Program-made: the position numbers and the translations under genes
The notes under the pieces: generated by a model
What the model saw: only the letters and a program-made list of their open reading frames with translations
Told to the model about the DNA's origin: nothing
The model's database searches: none
In this document: positions 39,265 through 48,771 of the stretch, one piece after another
Position numbering within the stretch: the stretch's first letter is position 1
How the letters are laid out: every line of letters begins with the position of its first letter
DNA from: an uncultured bacterium
GTDB lineage: Bacteria > SAR324 > XYD2-FULL-50-16
NCBI GenBank assembly: GCA_965602905.1
Contig: CBFCZY010000016.1
Coordinates: 2,280-66,279 of the forward strand
DNA length: 64,000 nt
Reading direction: 5' to 3'

Positions 39265-41589
39265 TTAGTTGGGACTATGGTAGTTAGTGAGAATTTGGTA
39301 TAACAATTGTGGTTTGACAGGTTTGGCTATATAGCCATTCATCCCACAGGCTAGGCAGGCTACTTTGTCTTCGGCAAAGGCATTGGCTGTCATGGCTACG
39401 ATGGGAATAGCAGGGTTCCTTACCGCATTTACCCCTGCACGGATGGCCTCGGTTGCCTCAAGTCCATTCATAACGGGCATTCTAATATCCATTAAAACCA
39501 GATCAAAGTCTTTTTTCGCTAAGATATCTAAGGCCTCGGCTCCATTTTCTGCAAAGCCCAGCTGAACCCCAACTCGGCTTAGCATCTTTTCAACCAGCAT
39601 TTTACTCAATTTGTTATCGTCTACGACCAACACAGTTAGGCCTGTTAAATCAATATGAGTTGGATCGACTTCTTTTCCTAGATGAGGGTCTTCTGTGGTG
39701 GGTAAAGTCAAAGGGAAACTAAATTGGCTCCCTTGGCCAAGCTGACTCACTAGATCTATTTTGCTACCCATTAGCTCTACTAAACGCTGGGAAATATTAA
39801 GGCCCAGACCTGTGCCGCCATATTTAAAATGAATATCCAAATCCGCTTGGGCAAAGCTTTTAAAAATCTTCTCTTGGGACTCAGTTGCAATGCCAATGCC
39901 TGTATCTATGACGGTAAATAGAAGGGTAACCTGTCCATTTTCTTCCCCTAAAGATTTTACATGCAAATCCACTCCCCCTTGGTGAGTGAATTTTAGAGAG
40001 TTGGAAAGAAGGTTGATCAAAATTTGATTCAGCCTAAGAGCGTCTCCCATTATAAATTGAGGCAGGTCAGGGGTAATGTTTACAGTAAAGCTCAGCCCCT
40101 TTGCATTAAACTCCTTGGCAAATAAGGACTCTAGAGACTTTAAAAAATGAGGTAAGTCAAAGGGGTGTTGGTCTATCTGTAGTTTCCCTGATTCAATTTT
40201 TGCGAGATCTAAGATGTCATTGATCAATTCCAAAAGGATTTGGGAGGATTGCAATACAATTTCTAAATTTTGGGTCTGGTCTTGGTCTAAGGGGCTGTCT
40301 AAGACCAAACTGGTCATGCCCATGATCGAGTTCATAGGGGTGCGTAGATCATGGCTCATTTTCGCTAGAAAATCAGATTTGGCTCTATTGGCGAGTTCAG
40401 CCTCATTTTTGGCCTGCAATAGATCTTTGGTGCGCTCGGTAACCCGTTGTTCTAATTTCTCATTCATTGTCTGCAATTGCGCCTCAATGTGCCTTTGCTC
40501 CTCTAGGCTAATGGACAATTGCTGTTTAGAGTCCTCTAGCCTTTTATAGGCCCTGCTACTGGCAATGGCCATAGCAAGGACAGGCGTGAGACTTAAAATT
40601 AGATTAAGGTAGTGGCTTTGGTGCTCAGGGTGCTGTAAGCCTGCAACCTCTAGTATAGCCAAGGGTTCTTCTTGGTAGGTGAGGGTAACTTGGAAACCCT
40701 TCTTGGTTATCAGATAAGATTTTGGCCAATTTTTAGGTTCATTGCTTGCTTCATTGGTTGCTTTAGGTGGCTTAGTGGTATTGGGCCAACCTTGGTACCA
40801 AAGAGGCGCCCCTTCAGACCAAGCCTGCAAGCTAATTTGCTGGGGGGCGATTAAAGACATGACCAGTTGAATCAATCGTTGGGCCAAGTCCTCTTCAGGT
40901 TGGTACCCCGCTAGACTGGTAAAGAGGTCCATCATCATAGCATATTCGGCTAATTTAACCGCCGATGATTTTTTAGTTTCTTTTAACTTTTTCCCAAGCT
41001 GTTTGTGTGTTCTTTCATCTAAAAGATGTTGAATTTTTAGTTTAAGGAAGCTGGTTCCAAGGGGAATTCGCAAAACAGGGATGTCTAAAAACTCACCAAA
41101 GGCAATTAGTTTTTCTTCAACATTGGGGTAGCAGAGACTATCAAAAAGCACCAAGATGCTGGTTGATTCTTTAAAGAACAATTGTGCCGTTTCTTGGTCG
41201 AAGCCCGTGCGAGAAATGTAATCTTGCCACTCGTCAATCATGCCTGCCGAATAGATATGGGCGCCCTGAGATAAGTAGTATTCACTTAGGCTTTCAGGGG
41301 CTAAGAGGTTGAAACAGTGGCCTGCAATGGAGCAAATTTGCACGTCAGGTTGCAAAAGTGATTCAGGTTTTAACTCGGCAACGCAGGCACTACTAATGAC
41401 AAGCGTATCCCCCTCATGGTCTTGAGCCTGCTCAAAAAGCGACTCTAATTTTTCCCGACCTTTACTAGGCTGGTCGTATTCTAAAGGCAGGCTAATATTT
41501 ACAAGGTCTGGATCTCCTAACTCCTCTAGGACTTGGGTCATTTCTCGTGATAGGTAACCGCAGGTCATAATACGAAGTGGCTCCTCCAT
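39265..41589 (-). CDS. hybrid histidine kinase with roughly 350-aa N-terminal domain of unknown function (possibly DUF1638-like, corrinoid-system associated), HisKA, HATPase_c, REC
   Basis: No TM segments. The N-terminal region is Cys-containing (MTCGY..., [20 protein letters not shown]). Coiled coil, then H-box [16 protein letters not shown], HATPase_c and REC (VLVVDDNKL...[11 protein letters not shown]). Its start abuts the upstream gene stop. Confidence 0.8.
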   Translation of the reverse strand: MEEPLRIMTCGYLSREMTQVLEELGDPDLVNISLPLEYDQPSKGREKLESLFEQAQDHEGDTLVISSACVAELKPESLLQPDVQICSIAGHCFNLLAPESLSEYYLSQGAHIYSAGMIDEWQDYISRTGFDQETAQLFFKESTSILVLFDSLCYPNVEEKLIAFGEFLDIPVLRIPLGTSFLKLKIQHLLDERTHKQLGKKLKETKKSSAVKLAEYAMMMDLFTSLAGYQPEEDLAQRLIQLVMSLIAPQQISLQAWSEGAPLWYQGWPNTTKPPKATNEASNEPKNWPKSYLITKKGFQVTLTYQEEPLAILEVAGLQHPEHQSHYLNLILSLTPVLAMAIASSRAYKRLEDSKQQLSISLEEQRHIEAQLQTMNEKLEQRVTERTKDLLQAKNEAELANRAKSDFLAKMSHDLRTPMNSIMGMTSLVLDSPLDQDQTQNLEIVLQSSQILLELINDILDLAKIESGKLQIDQHPFDLPHFLKSLESLFAKEFNAKGLSFTVNITPDLPQFIMGDALRLNQILINLLSNSLKFTHQGGVDLHVKSLGEENGQVTLLFTVIDTGIGIATESQEKIFKSFAQADLDIHFKYGGTGLGLNISQRLVELMGSKIDLVSQLGQGSQFSFPLTLPTTEDPHLGKEVDPTHIDLTGLTVLVVDDNKLSKMLVEKMLSRVGVQLGFAENGAEALDILAKKDFDLVLMDIRMPVMNGLEATEAIRAGVNAVRNPAIPIVAMTANAFAEDKVACLACGMNGYIAKPVKPQLLYQILTNYHSPN

Positions 41590-42624
41590 TTAGCCCTCTC
41601 CTAGTGGGTATTTCCCCCATTTGTGGGCAGCGGCAACAATTTGATGAAGGACAGAGTCTGAAACTTGCCAAGGGATTTCCCCGTGATTATCGGCCAAGAT
41701 AAAACCACCGCCCTGGCCTGCCTTGGTGATGCAGGCTTTTACATTTGCCTCAGTGGTGGCTTGGTCCCAGTTGCGCATCTCCACACCGTTTAGGGTGCCC
41801 AAGATCGAAATCTTATCTTTGCAAGTTTCTTTTAGAACGACCAGATCATCTTCCATGCTCGCTCCTAAAACCGCAGCGCCTGACTGGGCAATATCACCTG
41901 CAACGGCCAAGCTTCGGCCCGAAGCCAAGTGAGTGGCTACAGGGCCATTTATGGCGGCAATCGTTTTTTGGGCGACAATATAGCCTGTCTCTAAAAATAG
42001 CTGTCGTGGTATGATTGTCGGTGAGGCGATAGGGTCAAAATAACAAATAGCCGTTGCCCCTGCTGCTAGTTGAGCGTTGGCCCATGCAGTACTAAAGGCT
42101 TGGTTTTTTTCCATTAAGCGCCAGAAGACGGGCCTGTCTTCTAGCATTAATTGCAGGTAGCCCTCAAAACCCATTTGCATGACTGGAATAGAAAAGGGTG
42201 AGATCGCAACGGCGATGATGGGCGCTTCATCCCCTTTTTCTTTGATGATGCGGATGGATTCTAAAACCTCCATTAGTGGCCGTGAGTCTTCTACTGAAGG
42301 TGGTTGAAACTTCTCAAGATCATCCAGGGTAAAGATCGGCCTGCCAGCATTGGGTGGGCCATCGGTGCGAAAAAGAACATCCCCACCCATAGCTTGCGTT
42401 TCAATGGGAGCATAGAAAAAGGGGTAGTAGCAATCATGCTGGAATTTTTCTTTCATCCGCAATTGCCCCTCTGCGACCTGTGAACCTTTAGAGAAGTAGT
42501 CCTCAATGGAAAGATCTAGCTCTTTGGCCCCATGCATGGTCAAAAATAAAAACACAGGAACACGATCAGGTTCTTGGTGGCCAAGGGTTGTTAGCACTCG
42601 CTGTAAGGAAGTCATTTCGCTCAT
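41590..42624 (-). CDS. uroporphyrinogen decarboxylase (URO-D) family protein, MtaA/CmuA-like methylcobamide methyltransferase homolog
   Basis: 344 aa. The N-terminus LQRVLTTLGHQEPDRVPVF is typical of the URO-D/MtaA family. It overlaps the upstream corrinoid gene by 4 nt. Confidence 0.7.
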   Translation of the reverse strand: MSEMTSLQRVLTTLGHQEPDRVPVFLFLTMHGAKELDLSIEDYFSKGSQVAEGQLRMKEKFQHDCYYPFFYAPIETQAMGGDVLFRTDGPPNAGRPIFTLDDLEKFQPPSVEDSRPLMEVLESIRIIKEKGDEAPIIAVAISPFSIPVMQMGFEGYLQLMLEDRPVFWRLMEKNQAFSTAWANAQLAAGATAICYFDPIASPTIIPRQLFLETGYIVAQKTIAAINGPVATHLASGRSLAVAGDIAQSGAAVLGASMEDDLVVLKETCKDKISILGTLNGVEMRNWDQATTEANVKACITKAGQGGGFILADNHGEIPWQVSDSVLHQIVAAAHKWGKYPLGEG

Positions 42625-43262
42625 GGGGCCTCCAAAATTAATTTTTCAAGTGCGCCCACTACTTCTGAGGCCGTGCCTGCGGTTGCAGTGGCCCCAACTT
42701 CTTGCCAAAGATTTGGGTCAAGGCGAAAGGGAGCCCCGCCCACAAGGATCTTAATGGGGTAGTTTTCTTCCTTAAAATGCGCAACAAGTTGCCCAACGGC
42801 GAGGGCGGAAGGCAGCATTAATGCAGAGATCAGTAGGATTTCAATCTCTTCTTTTTGAACTCGATGGGCTAAGTCCTTTACCGCAACCCCAAGGCCAAAG
42901 TCTTCCACCTTGTAACCTGCGGCGCCCAAAGCGGACTGGACAATCCTTTTACCTAAACCATGGAAATCTTCCAAAACAGCAATGGCCATTTTTGGCTGTG
43001 TCGGTTTTTTCTGGGTCCCACTTGAGGCAAATTCGCCAATGATCTCTTCACAAATGCGCCCACTCATATAGAGCTGTGAAAGAGCGGCATCCCCATTTTC
43101 CCAGTCATTGCCAATGGACTCAAAGGCTTGAACCAATAAATGCTCTGCTTTTTCCTGAGAGTTTTTGGCAATGGCCTCATTAAGGATATTGCGAACCTGA
43201 ACTCTTTCAATATTGATCAGAGCTTCTTTTAGCTCTTCTATTTCAATGGATATTTGCACCAT
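42621..43262 (-). CDS. corrinoid protein: B12-binding_2 helical cap plus cobalamin-binding Rossmann domain
   Basis: DxHxxG motif (EDFHGLG), SxL (ISALML) and GG (ILVGGAPF) in canonical order and spacing. 213 aa. Confidence 0.8.
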   Translation of the reverse strand: MVQISIEIEELKEALINIERVQVRNILNEAIAKNSQEKAEHLLVQAFESIGNDWENGDAALSQLYMSGRICEEIIGEFASSGTQKKPTQPKMAIAVLEDFHGLGKRIVQSALGAAGYKVEDFGLGVAVKDLAHRVQKEEIEILLISALMLPSALAVGQLVAHFKEENYPIKILVGGAPFRLDPNLWQEVGATATAGTASEVVGALEKLILEAP

Positions 43263-43402
43263 TTTACTTTTTTGATTGAGGTACTCTTGAGGATGGGAAC
43301 CTCGTCTTTCTTCAGGTTCCTTTTAGGATTACTATACACATAAATAGCCTTAGAAGCAATTCTTGGCTCATCTACAAGGCAATGTTTTTGGAAGATAGGT
43401 CC

Positions 43403-43924
43403 TTATCGACGGTTCAAAATTCGACTTAGGGCAACAGGCGTGATGCCAAGGTAAAGAGCAATCTCCTTTTGGGGGATTTTTTCTAGCAGGTCAGGTGTTC
43501 TGTCTTTGATCAAATCAAAGCGTTCTTGGGCCGTGCAGCAAAGAAATTCGTATTCTCGTTGCTCTTTTTTCAAAGCCAGCTCTAAGAGAAAATTAAAGAG
43601 GGTTCCTGTAATTTCCTTTTCCTCTAAACCCAGCTTCATGAGGTGGGAAAAGTCGATTTGAATGAGTTCTGACTCTTCATAGCAAAGAAGCGAGAAGGAA
43701 TTCCCTTGGCCCTTGTATGCCGCCTTTAAGCTACCCATTACATCTCCAGGAAGTAAAAAGGACTTGATCATTTCCTTCCCTTCTAGGGTCAAATAGTAGG
43801 CTTTTAGTAACCCTTTTTGGATAAAGTATAGAGCTGTGTCTTGGTCCCCTTGCCGAAAAACATGGGCACCCTTTTCCATGAGTACAGGTTTCCCATATTC
43901 TTTTAGATAACCTTTAAAATCCAT
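43403..43924 (-). CDS. Crp/Fnr family transcriptional regulator (cNMP-binding plus C-terminal HTH; no FNR-type Cys cluster)
   Basis: cNMP-binding-like N-terminus. C-terminal HTH IALYLGITPVALSRILNRR. Confidence 0.7.
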   Translation of the reverse strand: MDFKGYLKEYGKPVLMEKGAHVFRQGDQDTALYFIQKGLLKAYYLTLEGKEMIKSFLLPGDVMGSLKAAYKGQGNSFSLLCYEESELIQIDFSHLMKLGLEEKEITGTLFNFLLELALKKEQREYEFLCCTAQERFDLIKDRTPDLLEKIPQKEIALYLGITPVALSRILNRR

Positions 43925-44002
43925 TCTCTTAACCTAGGTTAATTACCAAACTTTTGGCTGACTATAAACTAGGAATATAGAACAAGCAAACAAAGGAAAA
44001 AC

Positions 44003-44734
44003 ATGGATTTAAAAGCAAAAAATATTGTGATCACAGGGGGAACCCTAGGGATTGGCTTGGAGATGGTGAAACAACTTTACCCAAACAATAATCTTTTGGT
44101 CATTGCCAGTAATGGGGAGAGGTTAGGGGCGTTAATGGAAACTTTCCCAAAGATTAAAATCCAACAATTGGATCTCAGCCAGTTATCACAACTTACTGAA
44201 GGCGCTGAAAAAATCATAGAGCAGATGCCGCAGGTGGATCTTTTGATAAATAATGCAGCCGTCCAATATACCCCCCAGTTTTTAGATGCTCAATTTGAAT
44301 ACGAAAATATTGCACGAGAGGTGACCATTAATTTTACCTCGCTTTGTTGTTTATGCCACCTTCTTTTGCCCTCAATGCAAAAGCAAAGTCGCTCAGTAAT
44401 TTTAAACATAAATTCAGGCTTGGCTTTGGCTGCGAAAAAAAGCTCTGCAATTTACTGCGCTACCAAGGGGGCGATGAATCTCTTTTCACAGTCCCTAGGT
44501 TACCAGTTAGAAGGCAGTAATATTAAAGTCTTACAAGCTTTTTTGCCCTTAGTGGAAACGGGTATGACTAAAGGGCGGGGCCAAGGGAAACTCACCGCTC
44601 CTGTGGCCGCAAAGGCTATTTTACAGGGACTTAAAAAAGAGAAAAAAGAGATTAATATTGGCAAGGTGAAACTACTGCGCTGGATACTAAGGATCAGCCC
44701 CACTTTGGGCCATAAAATTTTAAAGGGGAGTTAG
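44003..44734 (+). CDS. short-chain dehydrogenase/reductase (SDR)
   Basis: TGGTLGIG cofactor motif, NNAA and YCATK (YxxxK). Confidence 0.8.
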   Translation: MDLKAKNIVITGGTLGIGLEMVKQLYPNNNLLVIASNGERLGALMETFPKIKIQQLDLSQLSQLTEGAEKIIEQMPQVDLLINNAAVQYTPQFLDAQFEYENIAREVTINFTSLCCLCHLLLPSMQKQSRSVILNINSGLALAAKKSSAIYCATKGAMNLFSQSLGYQLEGSNIKVLQAFLPLVETGMTKGRGQGKLTAPVAAKAILQGLKKEKKEINIGKVKLLRWILRISPTLGHKILKGS

Positions 44735-45177
44735 TGATGAGGTTTGTATGGACGATTTTTTTAATCCTATTTTTTTGTGAGGGGGCTATGGCTCAAGATT
44801 ATATTGTAAAGGTTAAGGGCATAAAAGCGAAGCTTGGGGGCAACCTCATCTTATTTGTTTTTGGTGCCGAGGGATTCCCGAAAGAGCATGACAAAGCCTT
44901 AGCTCTTTTTACGGTACCCGTAACAACACAAGAGGTGGCAATCGCCTTTCAGAGCGAAGAGCCAGAGGTTGCCTTAAAGATTCTCCATGATGAAAACGGA
45001 GATGGTAAGGTGACCAAAAACTGGACTAAAATCATCCCGAAAGACGGGCTTGGCTTTTCCAAGGGGCAAAAAATCACCTTCCAAGGCGTGCCGAAATACA
45101 AAAAATCCAAGGTGACAGCGCAGGAAATGCAAAGTGGGCTGGAAGTAAATCTACATTATTATTCAGGAGAAAAATGA
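44734..45177 (+). CDS. DUF2141-family secreted protein
   Basis: Signal peptide and an HDENGDGKVTKN ... GFSKG pattern typical of DUF2141. Confidence 0.5.
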   Translation: MMRFVWTIFLILFFCEGAMAQDYIVKVKGIKAKLGGNLILFVFGAEGFPKEHDKALALFTVPVTTQEVAIAFQSEEPEVALKILHDENGDGKVTKNWTKIIPKDGLGFSKGQKITFQGVPKYKKSKVTAQEMQSGLEVNLHYYSGEK

Positions 45178-45836
45178 AATCACTACTTAAAATTATCTTG
45201 ATTCTCGGTCTTGCTTTTGCTTCGACTTTTGTAATTGCCAAGGCGACAGGCTTTTTAAATGTGGAGCAATTAACAGGCTGGGTGATAGATTCTAAAGAAA
45301 ATGCAACGGCACCTGTAGGTTTACTGATTAGCCTTTTATTGGCAGCAGACTTATTTATAGCCGTGCCTACCCTGAGCTTGAATATACTATCTGGATACCT
45401 ACTGGGCTTTGTACCGGGGGCTTTGTATGCTTTTGCTGGGATGCTTACAGCTGGGGTTCTCGGCTATGGTATCAGTAGATTGGTTGGGGAAAAATTACTA
45501 AAGTTTATTTTAAGAGACGAGGCAGACCGCAGGTCCGCAACAGAGCAATTTAACAGGTACGGATTTGTGATGATACTGCTGGCTAGGGCAGTGCCCATTT
45601 TACCAGAAGTAACAGCCTGCCTCGCGGGCATTACGAAAATGCCTTTTTGGAAGTTTCTTCTTGCATGGTTGCTCAACTCCATTCCCTATGCTTTTTTGGC
45701 TTCTTACGCTGGTTCCATCAGTACATTAGAAAACCCTAAACCCATGTTATTTACCGCCATGGCCATTAGTGGCCTCTTGTGGCTCGGTTGGTTTTTATTG
45801 CAAAAGAAGATCAAAAAACTCCATCAATCCAACTAG
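45174..45836 (+). CDS. DedA/TVP38 family membrane protein
   Basis: Multi-TM protein with a conserved G-x-x-x-(G/A)-x-x-x-G region (GFVPGALYAFAGMLTAGVLGYGISRLVG). It overlaps the DUF2141 gene by 4 nt. Confidence 0.65.
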   Translation: MKSLLKIILILGLAFASTFVIAKATGFLNVEQLTGWVIDSKENATAPVGLLISLLLAADLFIAVPTLSLNILSGYLLGFVPGALYAFAGMLTAGVLGYGISRLVGEKLLKFILRDEADRRSATEQFNRYGFVMILLARAVPILPEVTACLAGITKMPFWKFLLAWLLNSIPYAFLASYAGSISTLENPKPMLFTAMAISGLLWLGWFLLQKKIKKLHQSN

Positions 45837-45865
45837 TCTAATTTTATGGGCGGGGGATCTAAAAC

Positions 45866-46729
45866 CTAGCCAGAAATTAGGCTACGTGACTCTGTCATTT
45901 TCCATAGTGCTTGGGCCGGGGGCGAGGGGTTTTTATCTGTTCGTGCTAAATAAACGGTCATTTCACCGACAGAGCCGCTGGTGGGAATGATCTTGAGTTG
46001 TTCCTGTAAGGGGCTTTTGTCAAAAACCAACTTGGGAACAACGCCTATGCCGCTGCCCATAGCTGTGAGTGCCAGTACGGCCTCATTACCCACTACCTCT
46101 TGAACGGCCACATCCTTAAAATTATGTGTCTCTAGCCAGCCCAAAGCGGCTTCACCGGCAACCCCTTTTTTAGTAAGGATCAAGTTAAATTTCCCTCCTT
46201 TTTTAAGTAGAGGGTCTGCTAGATTTTCTGATCTTACAAAAACGATGTCTGTTTTAGTTAGGGGAATTTTTTCGATTTCCTCTGACTCTTTGAAGCTAGC
46301 GACGACAAGGTCTTTGGTTTTGCATTTTTCATGGGCTAAATACCTGCTTCCCACCTCCAAATCAATTTCAACTTGAGGGTAAGTTGCACGGAAGCTTTTG
46401 AGTAAACTTGGTAAAATGGAGTAGGCCGCTGTTGCCGAGCAAAATAGGCGCAAGGTGCCTGTCATTTTTTGGCTACTAAAGGCCAAATCTGTTTTGATCT
46501 CAGACCATTTAGATAGGCTTTCTTGGGCATAGTCTACAAAACGACTTCCCTCTTTTGTGAGGGCGACAGATTTATTATTACGGTCAAAGAGCGGGCACCC
46601 AAGCTCCTCTTCCATTCGTTGAATGCATCTACTCAAGGTAGAGGGGCTGACAAAAGATTCTTGGGCCGTTTTAGTAAAGCTTAAGTTCTTTGCAAGCTGC
46701 AAAAAGAGTTTCAGTTCATCAATGTTCAT
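45866..46729 (-). CDS. LysR family transcriptional regulator
   Basis: N-terminal HTH LKLFLQLAKNLSFTKTAQESFVSPSTLSRCIQRME. It is divergent from leuC. Confidence 0.8.
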   Translation of the reverse strand: MNIDELKLFLQLAKNLSFTKTAQESFVSPSTLSRCIQRMEEELGCPLFDRNNKSVALTKEGSRFVDYAQESLSKWSEIKTDLAFSSQKMTGTLRLFCSATAAYSILPSLLKSFRATYPQVEIDLEVGSRYLAHEKCKTKDLVVASFKESEEIEKIPLTKTDIVFVRSENLADPLLKKGGKFNLILTKKGVAGEAALGWLETHNFKDVAVQEVVGNEAVLALTAMGSGIGVVPKLVFDKSPLQEQLKIIPTSGSVGEMTVYLARTDKNPSPPAQALWKMTESRSLISG

Positions 46730-46851
46730 AATCTTTCAAAGTCCTTGAGTGTTGCAAAATTTGCAACGCATTGTTGTTTATATATCATTTTACAAAAGGT
46801 TGTTCCAGCCCTACTTTGATCATAGATTTTAAATTACTTGAGAGAGAGAAA

Positions 46852-48159
46852 ATGAAACCAATGACCATTTCAGAAAAGATCCTTGCTAAAAAAGCGGGCA
46901 AGGACTTTGTAACAGCGGGAGAAACCCACTGGTGTAAAATAGATCGGATCTTTACCCATGACCCCTGTTCCCCTGGCGTTATCGGGATTTTTAATAAAGA
47001 ATTTGGGGCTGAAGCCCCCGTCTTTAGTAAAGAGCGATATGTTATGATCCCTGAGCATTTTGTCTATACTACCGATGACTTGGCAAATAGGAACATTGTG
47101 CAAATGAGAGACTTTGCCACTGCCAAAGGGGTAAAGCATTTTTACGACGTTGGAACAAGCGACTACAAGGGCGTTTGCCATGTGGCAATGGTTGAAGGGG
47201 GCCATGTTCGCCCCTTTGAGCTAATGTTGGGGACCGATTCCCATACGGTAACGGCTGGGGCATTTGGGTGTTTTGCTATTGGGGTGGGGAATACCGATGC
47301 CGCTTACGCACTGGGCACAGGTGAAATTCTGCTCAAAGTACCTCAGTCCATTAAGGTGGAAATAGAGGGGGAACTATCTAAAGGCGTTGGCGCCAAGGAT
47401 ATCATTCTTTATCTCCTAGGCAAGTTAGGTGTAAATGGAGCAACCTACAAGACCTTGGAATTTAGTGGTTCGACCATAGAAAATATGAGCCCTGAAGAAC
47501 GAATGACTTTGTGCAACATGGCAACAGAAGCAGGTGCCAAAAGCGGGATTATGTCGCCCAATCAGGCGGCACTAGACTACTTGAAAGACTTTACCAGCGA
47601 ACCCTTAGATGTTGTGGTTGCTGACCTAGGCGCTACTTACGCCCAAGTCATTAATGTTACGGCTAAAAGCCTAGTGCCCATGGTTGCCAAGCCCTTTTCA
47701 CCAGATAACGCTGCCCCTGTGACAGAGGTTGAAGGCACTAAAGTAACCCGGGTATATTTAGGGTCTTGCACAGGTGGGAAGTTGGCTGATTTTAGGGCCT
47801 TTGCGAGAATCATAAAGGGGAACCGAGTTAAAATACCTACCTTTGCCGTTCCTGCAACCACTAGAGTATCTCAGCAGTTGGTCACCGAAAAGATAGAAGG
47901 TCAGAGTTTATATGAAATTCTACTTGGGGCAGGTGTGAATATCTCCCCCAATGCTGGTTGCGCCGCCTGTTGTGGCGGCCCGAAGGGAACCTTTGGTCGA
48001 GTAGAAGAGCCCATTACCGTTGTTTCTACCACCAATAGAAACTTCCCCGGGAGGATGGGCCATAAAGAGGCACGAGTTTATTTAGCTTCGGCACAAACGG
48101 CAGCAGCGACAGCCTTAACAGGCGTTATTTCAGACCCTAGAAACAGTAGCAAAGGATAA
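46852..48159 (+). CDS. leuC: aconitase-family dehydratase large subunit (3-isopropylmalate dehydratase/homoaconitase LeuC-type)
   Basis: Cys ligand regions (GSCTGG, GCAACCGG) are present. The start is chosen at the ATG at 46852, preceded by GAGAGAGAGAAA. The track start at 46771 is likely over-extended. Confidence 0.75.
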   Translation: MKPMTISEKILAKKAGKDFVTAGETHWCKIDRIFTHDPCSPGVIGIFNKEFGAEAPVFSKERYVMIPEHFVYTTDDLANRNIVQMRDFATAKGVKHFYDVGTSDYKGVCHVAMVEGGHVRPFELMLGTDSHTVTAGAFGCFAIGVGNTDAAYALGTGEILLKVPQSIKVEIEGELSKGVGAKDIILYLLGKLGVNGATYKTLEFSGSTIENMSPEERMTLCNMATEAGAKSGIMSPNQAALDYLKDFTSEPLDVVVADLGATYAQVINVTAKSLVPMVAKPFSPDNAAPVTEVEGTKVTRVYLGSCTGGKLADFRAFARIIKGNRVKIPTFAVPATTRVSQQLVTEKIEGQSLYEILLGAGVNISPNAGCAACCGGPKGTFGRVEEPITVVSTTNRNFPGRMGHKEARVYLASAQTAAATALTGVISDPRNSSKG

Positions 48160-48161
48160 CA

Positions 48162-48695
48162 ATGAAAGTATTAAATGGCTCAGTCTTGGTTTTACCTAAA
48201 AATGTGGATACAGACCAAATATTAACAGCGGAATTTATGAAGATTAACCCTTCTACAGAGGAGGGGCGAAGTCAACTTGGGGCCTTGGCCTTCTGTGGGT
48301 TAGTGGAGGGAAACCAAGATATCATTGACCCTCAAAGTGGAAAGTCTCACTTTGAAATTATATTAGCTGGGGAAAACTTTGGCTGTGGTTCCTCACGTGA
48401 GCATGCACCTGTGGCACTAGGTGCCGCTGGGTTCAAGGTTGTCGTGGCCCAAAGCTTTGCAAGGATCTTTTATAGAAACTGCATCGCAACGGGGGAACTA
48501 CTTCCCTTAGAAGCACCTGAGTTAGATGTTACCGCTTTAAGCAACAAGGATGAAGTGAGCATCGACCTTGAAAAAATGGAGCTTACCTTGCGGAAAGAAA
48601 ATAAATGCTTACAGCTAAACCCGCTGGGCGATGTTAAGGGGATCATCCAAGCTGGCGGACTCTTTGCCTTTGGCCGAAAAGAGGGGCGGATTTAG
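48162..48695 (+). CDS. leuD: aconitase-family dehydratase small subunit (LeuD type 2)
   Basis: 177 aa with [14 protein letters not shown], the swivel-domain signature. Confidence 0.75.
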   Translation: MKVLNGSVLVLPKNVDTDQILTAEFMKINPSTEEGRSQLGALAFCGLVEGNQDIIDPQSGKSHFEIILAGENFGCGSSREHAPVALGAAGFKVVVAQSFARIFYRNCIATGELLPLEAPELDVTALSNKDEVSIDLEKMELTLRKENKCLQLNPLGDVKGIIQAGGLFAFGRKEGRI

Positions 48696-48771
48696 GCTCC
48701 ATAGAAAATCCCCTGAATGGGGGGCATGCCCGTAAAAAAGGGCTGCCCTTTCAGGGAAGGCTTTTATGGTT

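Noticed and set aside
43292-43316. Hairpin ggaacct-N11-aggttcc 30 nt upstream of the corrinoid gene start as a B12 riboswitch
   Set aside because: The whole spacer is only 140 nt with a single short hairpin. That is far too small for a cobalamin riboswitch, and no B12-box consensus is recognisable. It may simply be the Crp-family gene terminator or a leader structure.
46771-46851. N-terminal extension of leuC in the track (MLFIYHFTKGCSS...)
   Set aside because: Homology to the LeuC N-terminus begins at MKPMTISEKIL (ATG 46852), which has a purine-rich RBS. The extension reaches into the divergent promoter shared with the LysR gene.
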